Below are positions 50,797-63,565 of a DNA stretch of 64,000 bases, in pieces; within the stretch, counting starts at the first letter, position 1, and every line of letters starts with the position of its first letter. Location of the stretch: the NCBI GenBank assembly GCA_964016885.1, contig OZ024758.1:7626001-7690000 (forward strand), read 5' to 3'. A model generated the notes under the pieces. The model had not been told where the DNA came from and did not search any database. It worked only from the letters and a program-made list of their open reading frames with translations. The DNA is from Eledone cirrhosa. Its lineage: Eukaryota. The position numbers and the translations under genes were made by a program.

Positions 50797-50982
50797 GGTG
50801 GATTGGCAGTATCGGTAGAGGGTCGGACGCCATGCTTTCCAGCATAGTTATGTCCTTTTACTGTCTGAGTTCAAATCCCGCTGAGGTTAACTTTGCCTTT
50901 CATCCTTACAGGGCTGATAAAATAAAGTACCAGTAATGTACTGGGTATTTGCTGGCCTTGTGACAACAGTAGAAACAAGTAT
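50797..50982 (+). mobile_element. SINE family B
   Basis: Full head and body. Confidence 0.88.
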
Positions 50983-51163
50983 TTTGTCCACTTTCCTTGC
51001 TAGCAGTACTGAAGTATAGCTATTGACCTCTGGGTTGGACAGGTCTACATAGACCAAGTCATGAATCAGTAGCTACTTATCTCCCAGACAAGTCAGGGAT
51101 TTGTATGGTCTCACATTATTTTTTATATTAATATTAATGACAAAGAATATATATATATATATC

Positions 51164-51417
51164 CCACAACATCCAGTCCGAAACAAATGAGGTTGTGTAG
51201 GTGTCACAGTCCACGCTGTAATGTGGCTGTGTAGGTAACACGGTAAAAACCTCCCATTTCGCACTGTAAACGTGGTTGGTGTTAGGAAGGGCATCCAGCC
51301 GTAGAAAACCCGCCAGACAGTCCTGAGCAAGACAACCAATCCTGCCTCAAGTGGGACAATCCCCGTCCAGACCCATGCTAGCGTGGAAAATGGACGTTAA
51401 ACGATGATGATGATGAT
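51164..51417 (+). mobile_element. RTE 3' UTR fragment, close to 198-477
   Basis: CCACAACATCCAG...GGACGTTAAAC(GAT)n. Confidence 0.85.
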
Positions 51418-52479
51418 CCCTTATATCATATACATATTCGCACACACCTTTTGCTACGTAAACTTACACTCATGCACACACATACACTTACATTCACACA
51501 CACACATGCATATATCACACATATTTCACAATGTGCATGCTTGAAATTTCAACGTCTTCTCATTATATTTAAATTAAATCTGCCTTCCTAACAACAAGTC
51601 ATCTGCAACCGCTCTTTGATAATGGGTTTTTAAACCCGAAAATATTTGGGATTATTAAATTTGCCAAGATAAAATTCTATCGTTATCTTGGCACCTTTAA
51701 TTTCCTAATGCATTGTATGGCTTTTAAAATTATTTGAATTTATATTTCCTATTCAACAATGCTTCAAGCAAACTACAACACTGTTCATGCTAGCATGGAA
51801 GAACGGATGTAAAACGGTGATGATGATGATGATGATGATATATATATACAAACATAAATATATATATAAAATTTTCAATGATTTAGTGTTAAAGAATAAT
51901 AACAAATGATAAAATAAAAATATATTTTTAAATATTAGGCAGGCCCTTGAGGGTGTTTGGCTATAAGTTATAGCTAATTTAGCTTCTAGGTAAGTCCAGT
52001 AGTGAGGGTGCCATATTTTCAAAACTAATGGCTTTATTTAATACTTTTTAAAAAATAATGTTTTTTTTTATTAAAACAAATTACGGAACGGTTGGCTAAT
52101 TGTTTCATCAGGATTTTGCACAACTTTCTACTTTAGAACGAAGAATAACATTAAAGAAAACCACAACGAAATAGCTTTTAGCTTTTGTGACAGCCTAATA
52201 GAGTTAAGTGATGTCTGTATACAAATTGTATGACAGACAACATTATTAAAAGTTAAGCAACTGTTATTCTATACCTCAATACACCACAAATAAATGCTTT
52301 GCCCTAGAATTCCCGCTTAATTTGCTTTTCAGGAAATTCCATGTCAAAAGTAGCTTTTAGACATATTTTCAACAATGTTTTATAATTCTAAAAAAGATGA
52401 CCAACTTTTTCTTTCATCTGCAGTAGTTTTCTCACATCAATATTTCAAAATGAGACAAAAAGCTTCCTTCTTCATTCAT

Positions 52480-52770
52480 AACCACCACTACCACTACTAC
52501 TACCACCACCACTACCAGTACTACTACTAGTACTACTATTACTACTACTCCACCACTACCTACTTCTACTCCATCACCACCACCACCTATTACTACTACT
52601 ACCAGTACTACTACTACTACTACTCCACCACCTACTTCTACTCCATCACTTACTACTACTATCACCACCACCAACTACTACTACCAGTACTACTACTACT
52701 ACTACTATTACTACTACTACTGCTGCTGCCATCATCATCACCACCTATTACTACTACCACCACTACTACA
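52480..52770. repeat. (CTA/CCA)n tract
   Basis: Triplet repeat. Confidence 0.92.
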
Positions 52771-52808
52771 AGTTTGTTTAAAGTTATTTTTAGCCAAAGG
52801 GGGGGGGG

Positions 52809-52842
<34 letters not shown>

Positions 52843-52970
52843 AAAAGGAGAAAACAATCCTCATATCATATTAGGGTCTTATTTCTAGCCAATGTTCACC
52901 TTCCATTTTCTCTAACTTTTCTTACCAACCCTGCCTAACCCTAACCCTACATATATAGTTTACAATAATA

Positions 52971-53161
52971 ACTGTTTCTACTTTTAGGCAAAAGGCCAGC
53001 AATTACCCAGTGTATTACTGGTACTTTATTTTATCGACCCCGTAAGGATGAAAGGCAAAGTTAACCTCGGCGGGATTTGAACTCAGAATGGCAAGGGCCG
53101 TAACTCTATACGTCAAAGCATGGCGTCCGACCCTCTCCCAATACTGCCAATCCACTGCCCT
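52971..53161 (-). mobile_element. SINE family B, full length, 17-bp TSD
   Basis: TATAGTTTACAATAATA at 52954-52970 and 53162-53178. Confidence 0.92.
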
Positions 53162-53878
53162 TATAGTTTACAATAATAGTTTACAAGAATAACCACACCT
53201 TATATAACAATCATCAGCCATAGTTAATAAATGGTTATAATTTAAAAGAAACATGCACAGTATTTCTGATGAAAATATTAATGAGGACATTCAAATAAAT
53301 TATGAGCTTGACATAACAGGAAAAATTATAATTGTTTCTTCTTTTAGCACAAGGCCAGCAATTACACACACACATATCTCCAGAGGTCCGATGAGCTTTT
53401 GATTCCAGAGTCAGGCCAGATAGTTCCAGATCGAACCTTGAGCTGATCAATAGCAATATGCGCATCACAAATCAATAAACGTAATGAAGGCATAACAAAT
53501 CGTCCTTGTATCCAGCTGTAGAAATCAAGCCAGAATCAGTCAGTTCCCGTATGAGCAAGACATGGTCAGCCGACCGGACACTGCCCACAATAGGACAACT
53601 CGTCGAACCCATGCTAGTGTGGAAGAACGGACGTAAAACAGTGATGATGATGATGATATATATATACATATATATTATTATAAAGAGTCGAGACCCAACA
53701 GCTGAGCTCCTGCCATTTCAACAGCTAGTTCTAGACTTATACAGAGTATGTCAACTGTTGGGTCCTGACTCTTATAATATAACTTACTCTACTAACCCAA
53801 GTATTGAGTACTGAGTTGACTAATGGTCTAACCAATTTCAAACTGATTCCATCCTGATTTATATATATATATATATTT

Positions 53879-53971
53879 ATTTATTAAAATAACAAATTAA
53901 AAATTAAGCAAAGAATCGCAGGTGAAAGCAGCAATTCTTTGCTTAAACTTTAATCTGTTATTTTAATAAAT
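53879..53971. repeat. 38-bp-arm inverted repeat
   Basis: 53879-53916 versus 53934-53971 with 3 mismatches; the sequence from 53951 to ~54060 matches 40950-41055. Confidence 0.85.
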
Positions 53972-54703
53972 ATTTGCTCTTTGTTCTTATATATTTGATA
54001 TATATTTATCCTTATCGAGCCCTCTTTGGATTTTAGTCTTTGCATTTATTATTATTACTATATATATATATATGATTCTATTAACATGCACTCTATAATA
54101 TAGGGAAAAACATTTTATTAGGTTAGTGTGTCAAGAATTGTGAGATATTTCTCAGATGTCAACTCATACCATCCTACAATGATTGAGCAGAAAAAGCCTA
54201 AAAAAAACACCGGTTTTTTAATCCAAATGTTTATATTATCTTTTATTAAAGGATAGACTGTTATAAAAACTTTATCATATAAAAGGTGTTATCATTTTTA
54301 ATGTGATACAGTCATAGTGATGCTTTATATTAGGTTAGTGTGTTAAGAATCTCCAGGTATTTCTCAGGTGTCAACTCTTAACACCCCACAATGATTGAGC
54401 AGAAAATGTTTAAAGCACGGGTATCATCATCATCATCATCATTTTTATTCCCATTTTTCTGCGCCTGTATTGGTTTAATTCAAATATTTATATCATCTTT
54501 ATTAAAGGATATATTGTTATAAAAATTTGCAGTATTATACTAATGGTATTAATTTTTAATGTGATACAGTAATAATGCTGATTTGTATATTTTAACAATA
54601 TCTTACTAATGTGGTTTCATGTGGTACAGGACGTTACTAGTTAAATACACAGACTCTCAAAAATTAGAGCAGTGAAATAAACTATGTTCCAAATGTTGAA
54701 ATT

Positions 54704-54943
54704 TTAACCGTTTCATGACTGTATTTCTAATGAAATACATTCTAATTTAATTAGTTAATGAAGAATTTCGAGTGATTTACTAAAATTATTAATTATTTTA
54801 TTACTAAGATAATAATTTAATGTAAGGTTCTTATATAAAATTATGTTGGAAGATTTAAATTTAAATTGGAAACCTTTAAAATGAGTGGTTTTATTTCATA
54901 GAACCAGAGCTGGTTTTGGCTGGGTTGGTAACTAAAGGGTTAA
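54704..54943 (+). mobile_element. MITE family E subfamily, complete, TTAA-flanked
   Basis: TTAA-CCGTTTCATGAC...GGTAACTAAAGGG-TTAA; very similar to 61005-61242. Confidence 0.85.
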
Positions 54944-55199
54944 GAATGTCTTGCTAATGTGGTTTCATGTGGTACAGGACGTTAATAGTTAAATACACAG
55001 TCTCTCAATAATTAGAGCAATGAAATATACTATTTGAAATGTAACCAGTGCCTTACAAAGTGAACTTTCAACAAGAACTTAAGAGAAACCAACTTCCTGC
55101 TTTATAACATCAGTTGACACTAAACTACCAATAAAAACAACTGAGATTTTATGGTATTAGTGTCTCTTTAGATTTCTGATTGGAAGGTAATATCCTTTT

Positions 55200-55901
55200 G
55201 TTACTGTTTAGCATACATTTCACATCTAGTGTGTGTGTGTGTTGTTACAGTTTAGCATACATTTCACATCTAATGTGTGTGGTTACAGTTTAGCATACAT
55301 TTCGCATCTAATGTGTGTGTGTGTGGTTACAGTTTAGCATACATTTCGCATCTAATGTGTGTGTGTTGTTACAGTTTAGCATACATTTCGCATCTAATGT
55401 GTGTGTGTGTGTGTGTGGTTACAGTTTAGCATACATTTCACATCTAATGTGTGTGAACACGTTTGTGTGTTACAGTTTAGCATACATTTCACATCTAATG
55501 TGTGTGTGTTGTTACAGTTTAGCATACATTTCACATCTAATGTGTGTCTGTGTTGTTACAGTTTAGCATACATTTCACATCTAATGTGTGTGTGTATGTG
55601 AACACGTCTGTGTGTTACAGTTTAGCATACATTTCACATCTAATGTGTGTGTGTGAACACAAGTGTGTGTGTGTGTTGTTACTGTTTAGCATACATCTCA
55701 CATCTAATGTGTGTGTGTGTGTACACGAGTGTGTGTGTGTGTTGTTACAGTTTAGCATACATTTCATATCTGTGTGTGTGTGTGTCTGTGTGTTGTTACA
55801 GTTTAGCATAGATTTCACATCTAACGACTATATGTGTATGTGTGTGTGCGTTGTTACATTATACAGTTTCACATCTAGTGCAGTTTAGCATACATTTCAC
55901 A
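55200..55901. repeat. Composite minisatellite: 31-bp core separated by variable (GT)n spacers, 13-14 units
   Basis: Core GTTACAGTTTAGCATACATTTCRCATCTAAT. Confidence 0.92.
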
Positions 55902-56087
55902 GCTTCACATCTTGTGCATGTGTGTGTGTCCACGAGTGTATGTGAATATGTGTTCACATGAGTGTGTATATATATATATGTGTGTGTGTCACTTCACACA
56001 CATCTCATTATCATGGTTAAACCCTTGAAGTTAATAAAGAAAGACTTATGATGGTTGATAAACTATAATTTGACAGGAATAACAAGT

Positions 56088-56780
56088 ACACACATACACA
56101 CGTGTGTGTGCATGCACACTCACACACACCACACACACACACCACATATACAACAAACACAGGCAACAGGCACACACAATACACACATGCACACTACATA
56201 TACAACATACACAATCCACATGCAACACACACACACACAATACACAGGCAACACTCACACACACAATACACAGACAACACTCACACACAATACACAATAC
56301 ACAGGCAACAGTCACACACAATACACACATGCACACCACATATACAACACACACAATACACAGGCAACACACACACACACAATACACAGGCATCACACAC
56401 ACACACAATACACATGCAGCACTCACACACAATACACATGCAGCACTCACACACACAATACACAGGCAACAGTCATACACACACACAACACACATGCAGC
56501 ACTCACACACACAATACACAGGCAACAGTCACACACACACACAATACACATGCAGCACTCACACACACAATACACAGGCAACAGTCACACACACACACAA
56601 TACACATGCAGCACTCACACACACACAATACACAGGCAACAGTCACACACACACACAATACACATACAGCACACACACAATACACACAATACACACCACA
56701 TATACAACACACACAATACACATGCAGCACTCACACACTCACACACACACACAATACACACCACATACACAACACACACA
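56088..56780. repeat. CA-rich composite repeat with alternating cores
   Basis: ACAATACACAGGCAACAGTC alternates with ACAATACACATGCAGCACTC, joined by (AC)n. Confidence 0.9.
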
Positions 56781-57205
56781 AATGGAATTGAGAACTCATT
56801 AGGCAATAATATCGTTATAACTATTAGAGCTCTACCTGTATATCAGTTTTACATATTTAAATATAGGGAGTCACACCAAACCAAGAATGGCAAGGCTTCG
56901 GTTCATTATTGGAATTTAATGATAATATCATACATGCAACCTCTTTGATTGTATATAGCTTTCAGTGTGGTTCCTTATCAATTATGGAAAGTTCATTTAA
57001 TAATGCCAGCCGATATCTGTCATCACTTAACATGTTTCTGCCATAGTCTTGTAGTCTTGTCCTTTATTAGGTTCTTCAACTCATTAATAGAACTACTAAT
57101 AATTTCTATGCTGTTAGGTGTTGCTGCTCTCCTCTTCCAAGAGAACGAGGTGCCATAGATGCCATAGAAACAGTTCATTGTAACAGCTGAGACAATTGAT
57201 AAGAA

Positions 57206-57602
57206 GGTGGTGGTGGTGGTGGTGGTGGTGGTGGTGGTGGTGGTGGTGGTGGTAGCGGTGGTGGTGGTGGTAGCGGTGGTGGTGGTGGTAGTGGTGGTGG
57301 TATGGTGGTGGTGGTGGTGGTGGTGGTGGTGGTGGTGGTGGTAGTGGTGGTGGTAGTAGTGGTGGTGGTGGTGGTAGTGGTGGTGGTAGTGGTGGTGGTG
57401 GTGGTGGTAGTGGTGGTGGTAGTAGTGGTGGTGGTGGTGGTGGTGGTGGTGGTAGCGGTGGTGGTGGTGGTAGCGGTGGTGGTGGTGGTAGTGGTGGTGG
57501 TATGGTGGTGGTGGTGGTGGTGGTGGTGGTGGTGGTGGTAGTGGTGGTGGTAGTGGTGGTGGTGGTGGTGGTAGTGGTGGTGGTAGTAGTGGTGGTGGTG
57601 GT
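57206..57602. repeat. (GGT)n tract
   Basis: Triplet repeat. Confidence 0.95.
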
Positions 57603-57904
57603 GAAGGAGAACATCTATTAGAACAAGGTGGGTGTGGAGGAAGAGGAAGTGGAAGAGGCGGTAATGGGGGGAAAGAAGACTATGTACAGTGAAGAGGAAG
57701 AATTAGCACCGACTGAAAGCATTGAAGGGGAAGGCTGGTCATACCATGCAGCAGAAGTAATGTATGTATGTATACATGTCTGTCTATATGTATGTATGTA
57801 TGTATGTATGTATACATGTCTGTCTATATGTATGTATGTATGTATGTATGTACATACAGACATACGTATGTAAGTATGTATGTACATATGTATGTATATA
57901 AGTG

Positions 57905-58925
57905 TGAGTGTCAGGTTACCAGTTGGTGCTACTGGTAACATGTATCCCAGTACAACCTGTCTCATGGTCGGGTCGTTGGCGACTAAACTAGCAACCCCAC
58001 CAAGGTTTCTTGGTGAGGAGGGTGACTTTGGACATCCTGCAGGACTAACAACAAAACCTGTCAAAGGGCAAAGGAGCTCTTAAGAGTCAATGACGATCCA
58101 AAATCACCGGGAGAGATGACCCCTTAGCCTTTGTCAAGCCAGAATTCTAGGAGAAGGAAAACTCTGATATAACACCTGCAACCCTGATGGTATCCAATGA
58201 TGTTGACTTGTTCTTCTTTTTGGTAAATATCATCTTGGTTAAGAGAGTGGGACTGGCTTTGTGCAGTGCCTTTGCTCACTATAAAAGCTTCTCGGCACAG
58301 GCACTGCTTTATATCTGGAGATCTCTCTGCACTTGTCGTCACATGGTACCATGGGCCCAGCACTATGTGTCAATAATTGTCACAGGTGTAGTGTTTGTAC
58401 CAGAGTTTTCAAGTCGCTGGCTGGACTAAAAAGTCACACTCGTTCAGCGCATCGGTAGGGGTTTTCCTACATGGATATAAAGTAGTGGCCGTACTCGAAA
58501 ATGAGTTGGCAGCCACCATATAAGTATGTATGTGTGTGTATATGTATATACATGTATGCATGTGTATGTATATGCACGGGGACATAGAAATAATCGGGCT
58601 GGATATCTGATCACGCGGTTAAACCACTGGGAGTGAAGGACCCCTAGCCCTTGTCAGGGCATTCTTCTAGGAGAAGGTAACTCAGGAAACTGGGATAACT
58701 CCGAAATAAAACGTGTAGTTACCGATGATGTTGATCTTTTCTTCTTTTCAGGTTATAGCTACTGTCGCTCAGAGAGTGGGATTGGCTCAGTGCACAGTCT
58801 TTCCTCACTTTAAAAAATATCTTCACGCACAGGTATTGCACGATAGCATTAATTAATAATTATTAATAATGTTATATCGTGCAATAGCCATACTCGATAA
58901 CGAGGGGGCGGCCATCATGTATGCA
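57905..58925 (+). mobile_element. Two tandem divergent copies of a non-autonomous element (probably RTE-derived) within (ATGT)n
   Basis: Shared blocks GACCCCT..AGCCYTTGTCA, CTAGGAGAAGG, AGAGAGTGGGAYTGGCT, GCACAGG and CCRTACTCGAWAAYGAG..GGCRGCCAYCAT, at 57905-58520 and 58570-58920. Confidence 0.6.
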
Positions 58926-59744
58926 TGTACAAATATATTTATGTATGCAAAGTTAATCATTGTAAGTATATTTTATCATTACTAATGATATGAAGATGTG
59001 GTGCGGTAAATAAATAAATAAATAAATAAATACCCGGTCCAAACACAAAGGAACCAAACTCCCACTGTCACTACCACCATCTCTCCCACCGTCACTACCT
59101 CCATCTCTCCCACCGTCACTATCTCCATCTCTCCCCATCTCATGAGTGGAGAAAAGAAATGAGCTTAAAATTAATTTATGTGTCTCAGTGAAAAGTTAAA
59201 ATATCCTCATCAACAGATAATTATTGGCACAATGACATAAACTGTAACAGAGTGTTTATTTAACATTATCACTTCTTAATGTCAAGTGAACACTTTTTTA
59301 AGTCAAGCTAAATCATATAGGAATTCAGTTCATATGTGTGTGTGTGCCTGTGTGTGTGTGCCTGTGTGTGTGCATATTATCATGATCATCATTAAACGTC
59401 CATTTTTCCTGCTAGTAATGGATGGGTCTCTGCAGGCCGAGTCAGAACGCAAGCAGACTACTGACCCCTCAGATGGTCCAGGAGCCAACATCTCACTTAC
59501 ATACTATCCAGTGCTCTACTGAGTGCATTTTATTGAGACACAAACACTAGGGAGGTTGTCATGTCCTTGACACAGCTGAAGTGTCACCCCAGCGCTTTAT
59601 TTGGCAAGCTTGGTTGGAGTGTACTGGGTGTATTTATTGTGTAAATCAACAACACTAGGGATTGCAATCAGGGGGAAGTGGGTTTCCAATGTTTGTATTA
59701 TTATAAATAACCTAGTAATATAATTTCTTCTCAGATTCTATTTC

Positions 59745-60227
59745 CTTTCTCTGGAGGACTTTCTATCTTTTCCCACCTCCCACGTTCTCTGGAGAGCCTT
59801 CTAGCTATCTTTGCCCACTTCCCTCTTTCTCTAGAGGCCTCTCTATCTTTGCCCACCTCCCACGTTCTCTGGAGAGCCTTCTATCTATCTTTGCCCACTT
59901 CCCACTTTCTCTAGAGGTCTCTCTATCTTTGCCCACCTCCCACTTTCTCTGGAGAGCCTTCTATCTATCTTTGCCCACCTCCCACTTTCTCTGGAGATCT
60001 TTCCATCTATCTTTGCCCTCCTCCCACTTTCTCTGGAGAGCCTTCTATCTATCTTTGCCCACTTCCCTCTTTCTCTAGAGGTCTCTCTATCTTTGCCCAC
60101 CTCCCACTTTCTCTGGAGAGCCTTCTATCTATCTTTGCCCACCTCCCACTTTCTCTGGAGATTTTTCCATCTATCTTTGCCCTCCTCCCACTTTCTCTGG
60201 AGGACTATCTATCTTTGCCCACCTTCT
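59745..60227. repeat. 38/42-bp pyrimidine-rich minisatellite, 11-12 units
   Basis: CTATCTATCTTTGCCCACCTCCCACTTTCTCTGGAGAGCCTT. Confidence 0.93.
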
Positions 60228-60792
60228 CTCCTCTGTTTTTCATCTGGGGCCCCTTTATTTTCTTTACCTTCCTTATCCAGCTGATCTTCCATTAGTCTTG
60301 ACACACTGATTGTTTCATATTAATGACATCAGATAATCAGGAAGAAGACTATTATAATTTTAAGTCCCATTAAAGTCTCTTTCAGTCTACTCATGGTTCA
60401 GAGAATTCAGCTTAAAGCTTCAACATAGAGAAAGTGGTAATAAATGGGAAAATATCAACAAAATTAATTTCAGCTTTTACTATACAGTATATAGCAGAAC
60501 CTATTATATTTAATCTACCCAGCAAGACTAAGTATGTGTATAATAGATTTCATTGTATGTTGTGTGAAGAGAGTCTAGGTAAACATGAAACTATGATAAT
60601 CTGCTTCCCAACTATGTATTTTCATTAACTTCAGTAAGGCTAATTATGTTTACATACACATTATTGTATGAAGAGCAAGCTACAATTACCTTTACACTTA
60701 TCATCCCAATGGTTCCTCAGTAAATTTCTGACACAGTGTTATTTTAATCACCTATGCTGATCACACAATAGATAATCATCTTATTATTATTA

Positions 60793-61242
60793 TTAACCCT
60801 TTAGCATTTAAACTTGTCATATCTGGCCAGAATTCTCTCACCTCTTTCTGTTTAAATCAGCCATAACTGGCCACTCACACTAATGTTAAGGTATTATTCT
60901 CAAAATAAATAACATCAAAATCTCATAGCTTTGATATTATGTGAGGTAAAGCCTTTACTACGAAAATACAATAGTAAATAAAGAGTAATGTAAATGTGAA
61001 AGGGTTAATCCTTTCATGACTGCATTTCTAATGAAATACACTATTTCAATTAATTAATGAAGCATTTTAAGGGATTTACTAGAATTATTAATTATTTCAC
61101 GACTAAGATAGTAACTTAATATAAGGTTCTTATATAAAATTATGTTGGAAGATTTTAATTTAAATTGGAAACCTTTAAAATGGGTGGTTTTAGTTCATAA
61201 AACCAGACTCAGTTTTGGCTGGGTTGGTAACTAAAGGGTTAA
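60793..61242. mobile_element. Family D (60793-61008) and family E (61005-61242) MITEs sharing one TTAA
   Basis: TTAA-CCCTTTAGCATTTA...AAAGGG-TTAA-TCCTTTCATGAC...AAAGGG-TTAA. Confidence 0.9.
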
Positions 61243-62329
61243 TATTTTTAAAAAATCGAAGAAAGAAAAGACTTTATCTGTTGGTATTCCACAATTCAGG
61301 TGGCTTGAGATCAACATAGGATTTAAAGTTCATATTTTATACAAACCCTTCCCCTAATTATGTGTGGGCAAAGCTAAGGTAACTTAAATAGTTAACTCTT
61401 TTGATAGCAATATGTCTGAAACCACTGTTGACTGGTTCAATAACGAAAAATTACTTGATTTAAAAGTTTCATACATGAATTTAAATCTTCCATATAATTT
61501 TTTATAATAACCTTATGTTCTTAAAGAGAAAGTTCGTTATATTACTTGTTTCCTCCAAATTAATAATTATTAGTTGTAGCATAGCTTAAAGATTTAAAAA
61601 TAAAATGATAGTGGAAGGTTTTTAGATAAATATAAACTCTTTAAAATCAACAGTTTTGTATTATAGCAGTAGGGGCAATTTCAGGTGATATGAGATCAAC
61701 TCAGGATTTTAGGTTCACATTTTATACAAACCCTTCCCCTAATTACATGCAGGGGAAGTTAAAATAACTTTAAATGGTACATATTTTCAAAGAAAAACGT
61801 CCATAATAACATGTTTCTTCACCATTTCATTACCATATTTTTAGTAAAGTTTGAAAATGTAGGCTTGTTTGAAATATACACTTTCTGCATGTGAAATGGG
61901 CTGTTTAAACGTTTCATGTTTCCCCAACCAATCTTTTCACATTTTTCTTGCGATGGTTTCTTTTATTTGCCTCTCTCTCTGTTTATCACTGGGTACACCA
62001 CCCTCCAATGGTTTCATCAACGAGATATACAACTTTACAATATATATATATATATATATATAGTTGGGAGTGTGCCTATGTACATGTCTCTATATATGTG
62101 CATGTGCCTGAACTTGTGGTCAGGTCAGGTCAGTAATAGGAGTTTGATAGAAGGCTTCTAAGATAGATATCTTTGCTTCCCAGAAAGTAATATCAAACTG
62201 CTGAAAGGTGAAGAAACTTCATCTGTATCAAAAAATGCTGTCAAATCTTTCAGAGAAAACTGGTATAGGGCCTCCATAACTAGCACCATAACAATGGCTT
62301 GAACTCACTACTTTTGTGGTATAAGAATT

Positions 62330-62850
62330 GGCATATATAGCTAAATAATGGTAGACCTTCTTTTTGTCTTGACTTTGTTGTATTGTTTTGTAAATAAATA
62401 ATTTACAGCTTCTTGAAATAAGCTGGTGTAATTTGAAGAGAACATCTTTGCTGTTGAAACTGACTTTGCCAGTTTTCTTATTAGAATATTTCCCCTACCC
62501 CAACAGTGGAACCTCAATGGCAAATCAAGCTCCTTGAATTGAATCATATATGACAGGTCTTTTAAAGTTTCAATTAACTTGGTAGCTTCTTTTTCTTTTA
62601 TGCAGTTTCACTAAGAACTTGATCCTTCATGAAATGTAGTCCTTAAATGAGGTTACCACATGTGAGGTGCAATCTCAGGTATAGTCTTAAGGGGGACTGG
62701 AATGTTGATTATATCAATAAATATTTCATGAATAATGTTACTTTCTTTTTACAGCAGCTGAAGTAGGTTTGTAGTACTTCAAGTTCTTATCAATAACTAT
62801 ACCAAAATCTTTCACTTCCTCAACATGTTCATGAATATAGGCAAGAAATG
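62330..62850 (-). mobile_element. Decayed CR1-clade LINE ORF2 C-terminal fragment
   Basis: EEVKDFGIVIDKNLKY...ATKLIETLKDLSYMIQFKELDLP...RGNIL resembles the CR1 pattern KDLGV...RATK...LSYEERLKEL...RGDL. Confidence 0.78.
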
Positions 62851-63277
62851 TAAACACTAAATATATACAATAAGTACAGACAGAACACTGTACAAAATGC
62901 CATTAAAGATGTTTTTAATAAAAAAAATCTATGATGGTAGAAACATGCTCACAAAAATCAAGATATAGTTGATAGTAAATTGAGTAAATTATATCATGGA
63001 AGAGCCTGTTTAGTCATTTAAGAACTCACAAAAAACTGTTATACTTGGCTTATTTCTTTCTTTACAGTCCATTCTAATACAAAGTGTCAAAAAGTTTCAA
63101 TATACTTCTACAACCTGATCACGAACACAATTTCCTGTCAGTGATTAGGTCGTGGAGGGGTGGGTGACAAAACTTTTTGACAGTTCATAATAGAAATAAA
63201 CAAAAAGGGGATTATAACAGATTTTGTGTATATTTAATTGGCTAAAATGACTCTTCTGCAATGTAATTGGTTCAGTT

Positions 63278-63565
63278 TCAACACACAGTCTGAGATCAAC
63301 TCAGTCTCAGATCAACACACAATCTCAGATCAACACAGTCACAGATCAACTCACAGTCTCAGATCAACACAGTCACAGATCAACTCACAGTCTCAGATCA
63401 ACACAGTCACAGATCAACTCACAGTCTCAGATCAACACGCAGTCTCAGATCAACACGCAGTCTCAGATCAACACGCAGTCTGAGATCAACACACAATCTC
63501 AGATCAACACAATCTCAGATCAACTCACAGTCACAGATCAACATGCAGTCTGAGATCAACTCACA
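63278..63565. repeat. 16/18-bp minisatellite, ~16 units
   Basis: AGATCAAC(A/T)CACAGTC(T/A)C. Confidence 0.93.

Noticed and set aside
52296-52387. Minus-strand exon after TTTTTTAG (NYKTLLKICLK...)
   Set aside because: All frames stop before a donor site, and there is no independent support.
52934-52948. Telomeric (CCCTAA)n, also near 24681
   Set aside because: Only about two units, which can arise by chance or at a MITE end.
55200-55901. CRISPR array
   Set aside because: Spacers are GT microsatellite of variable length; the context is eukaryotic with no cas genes.
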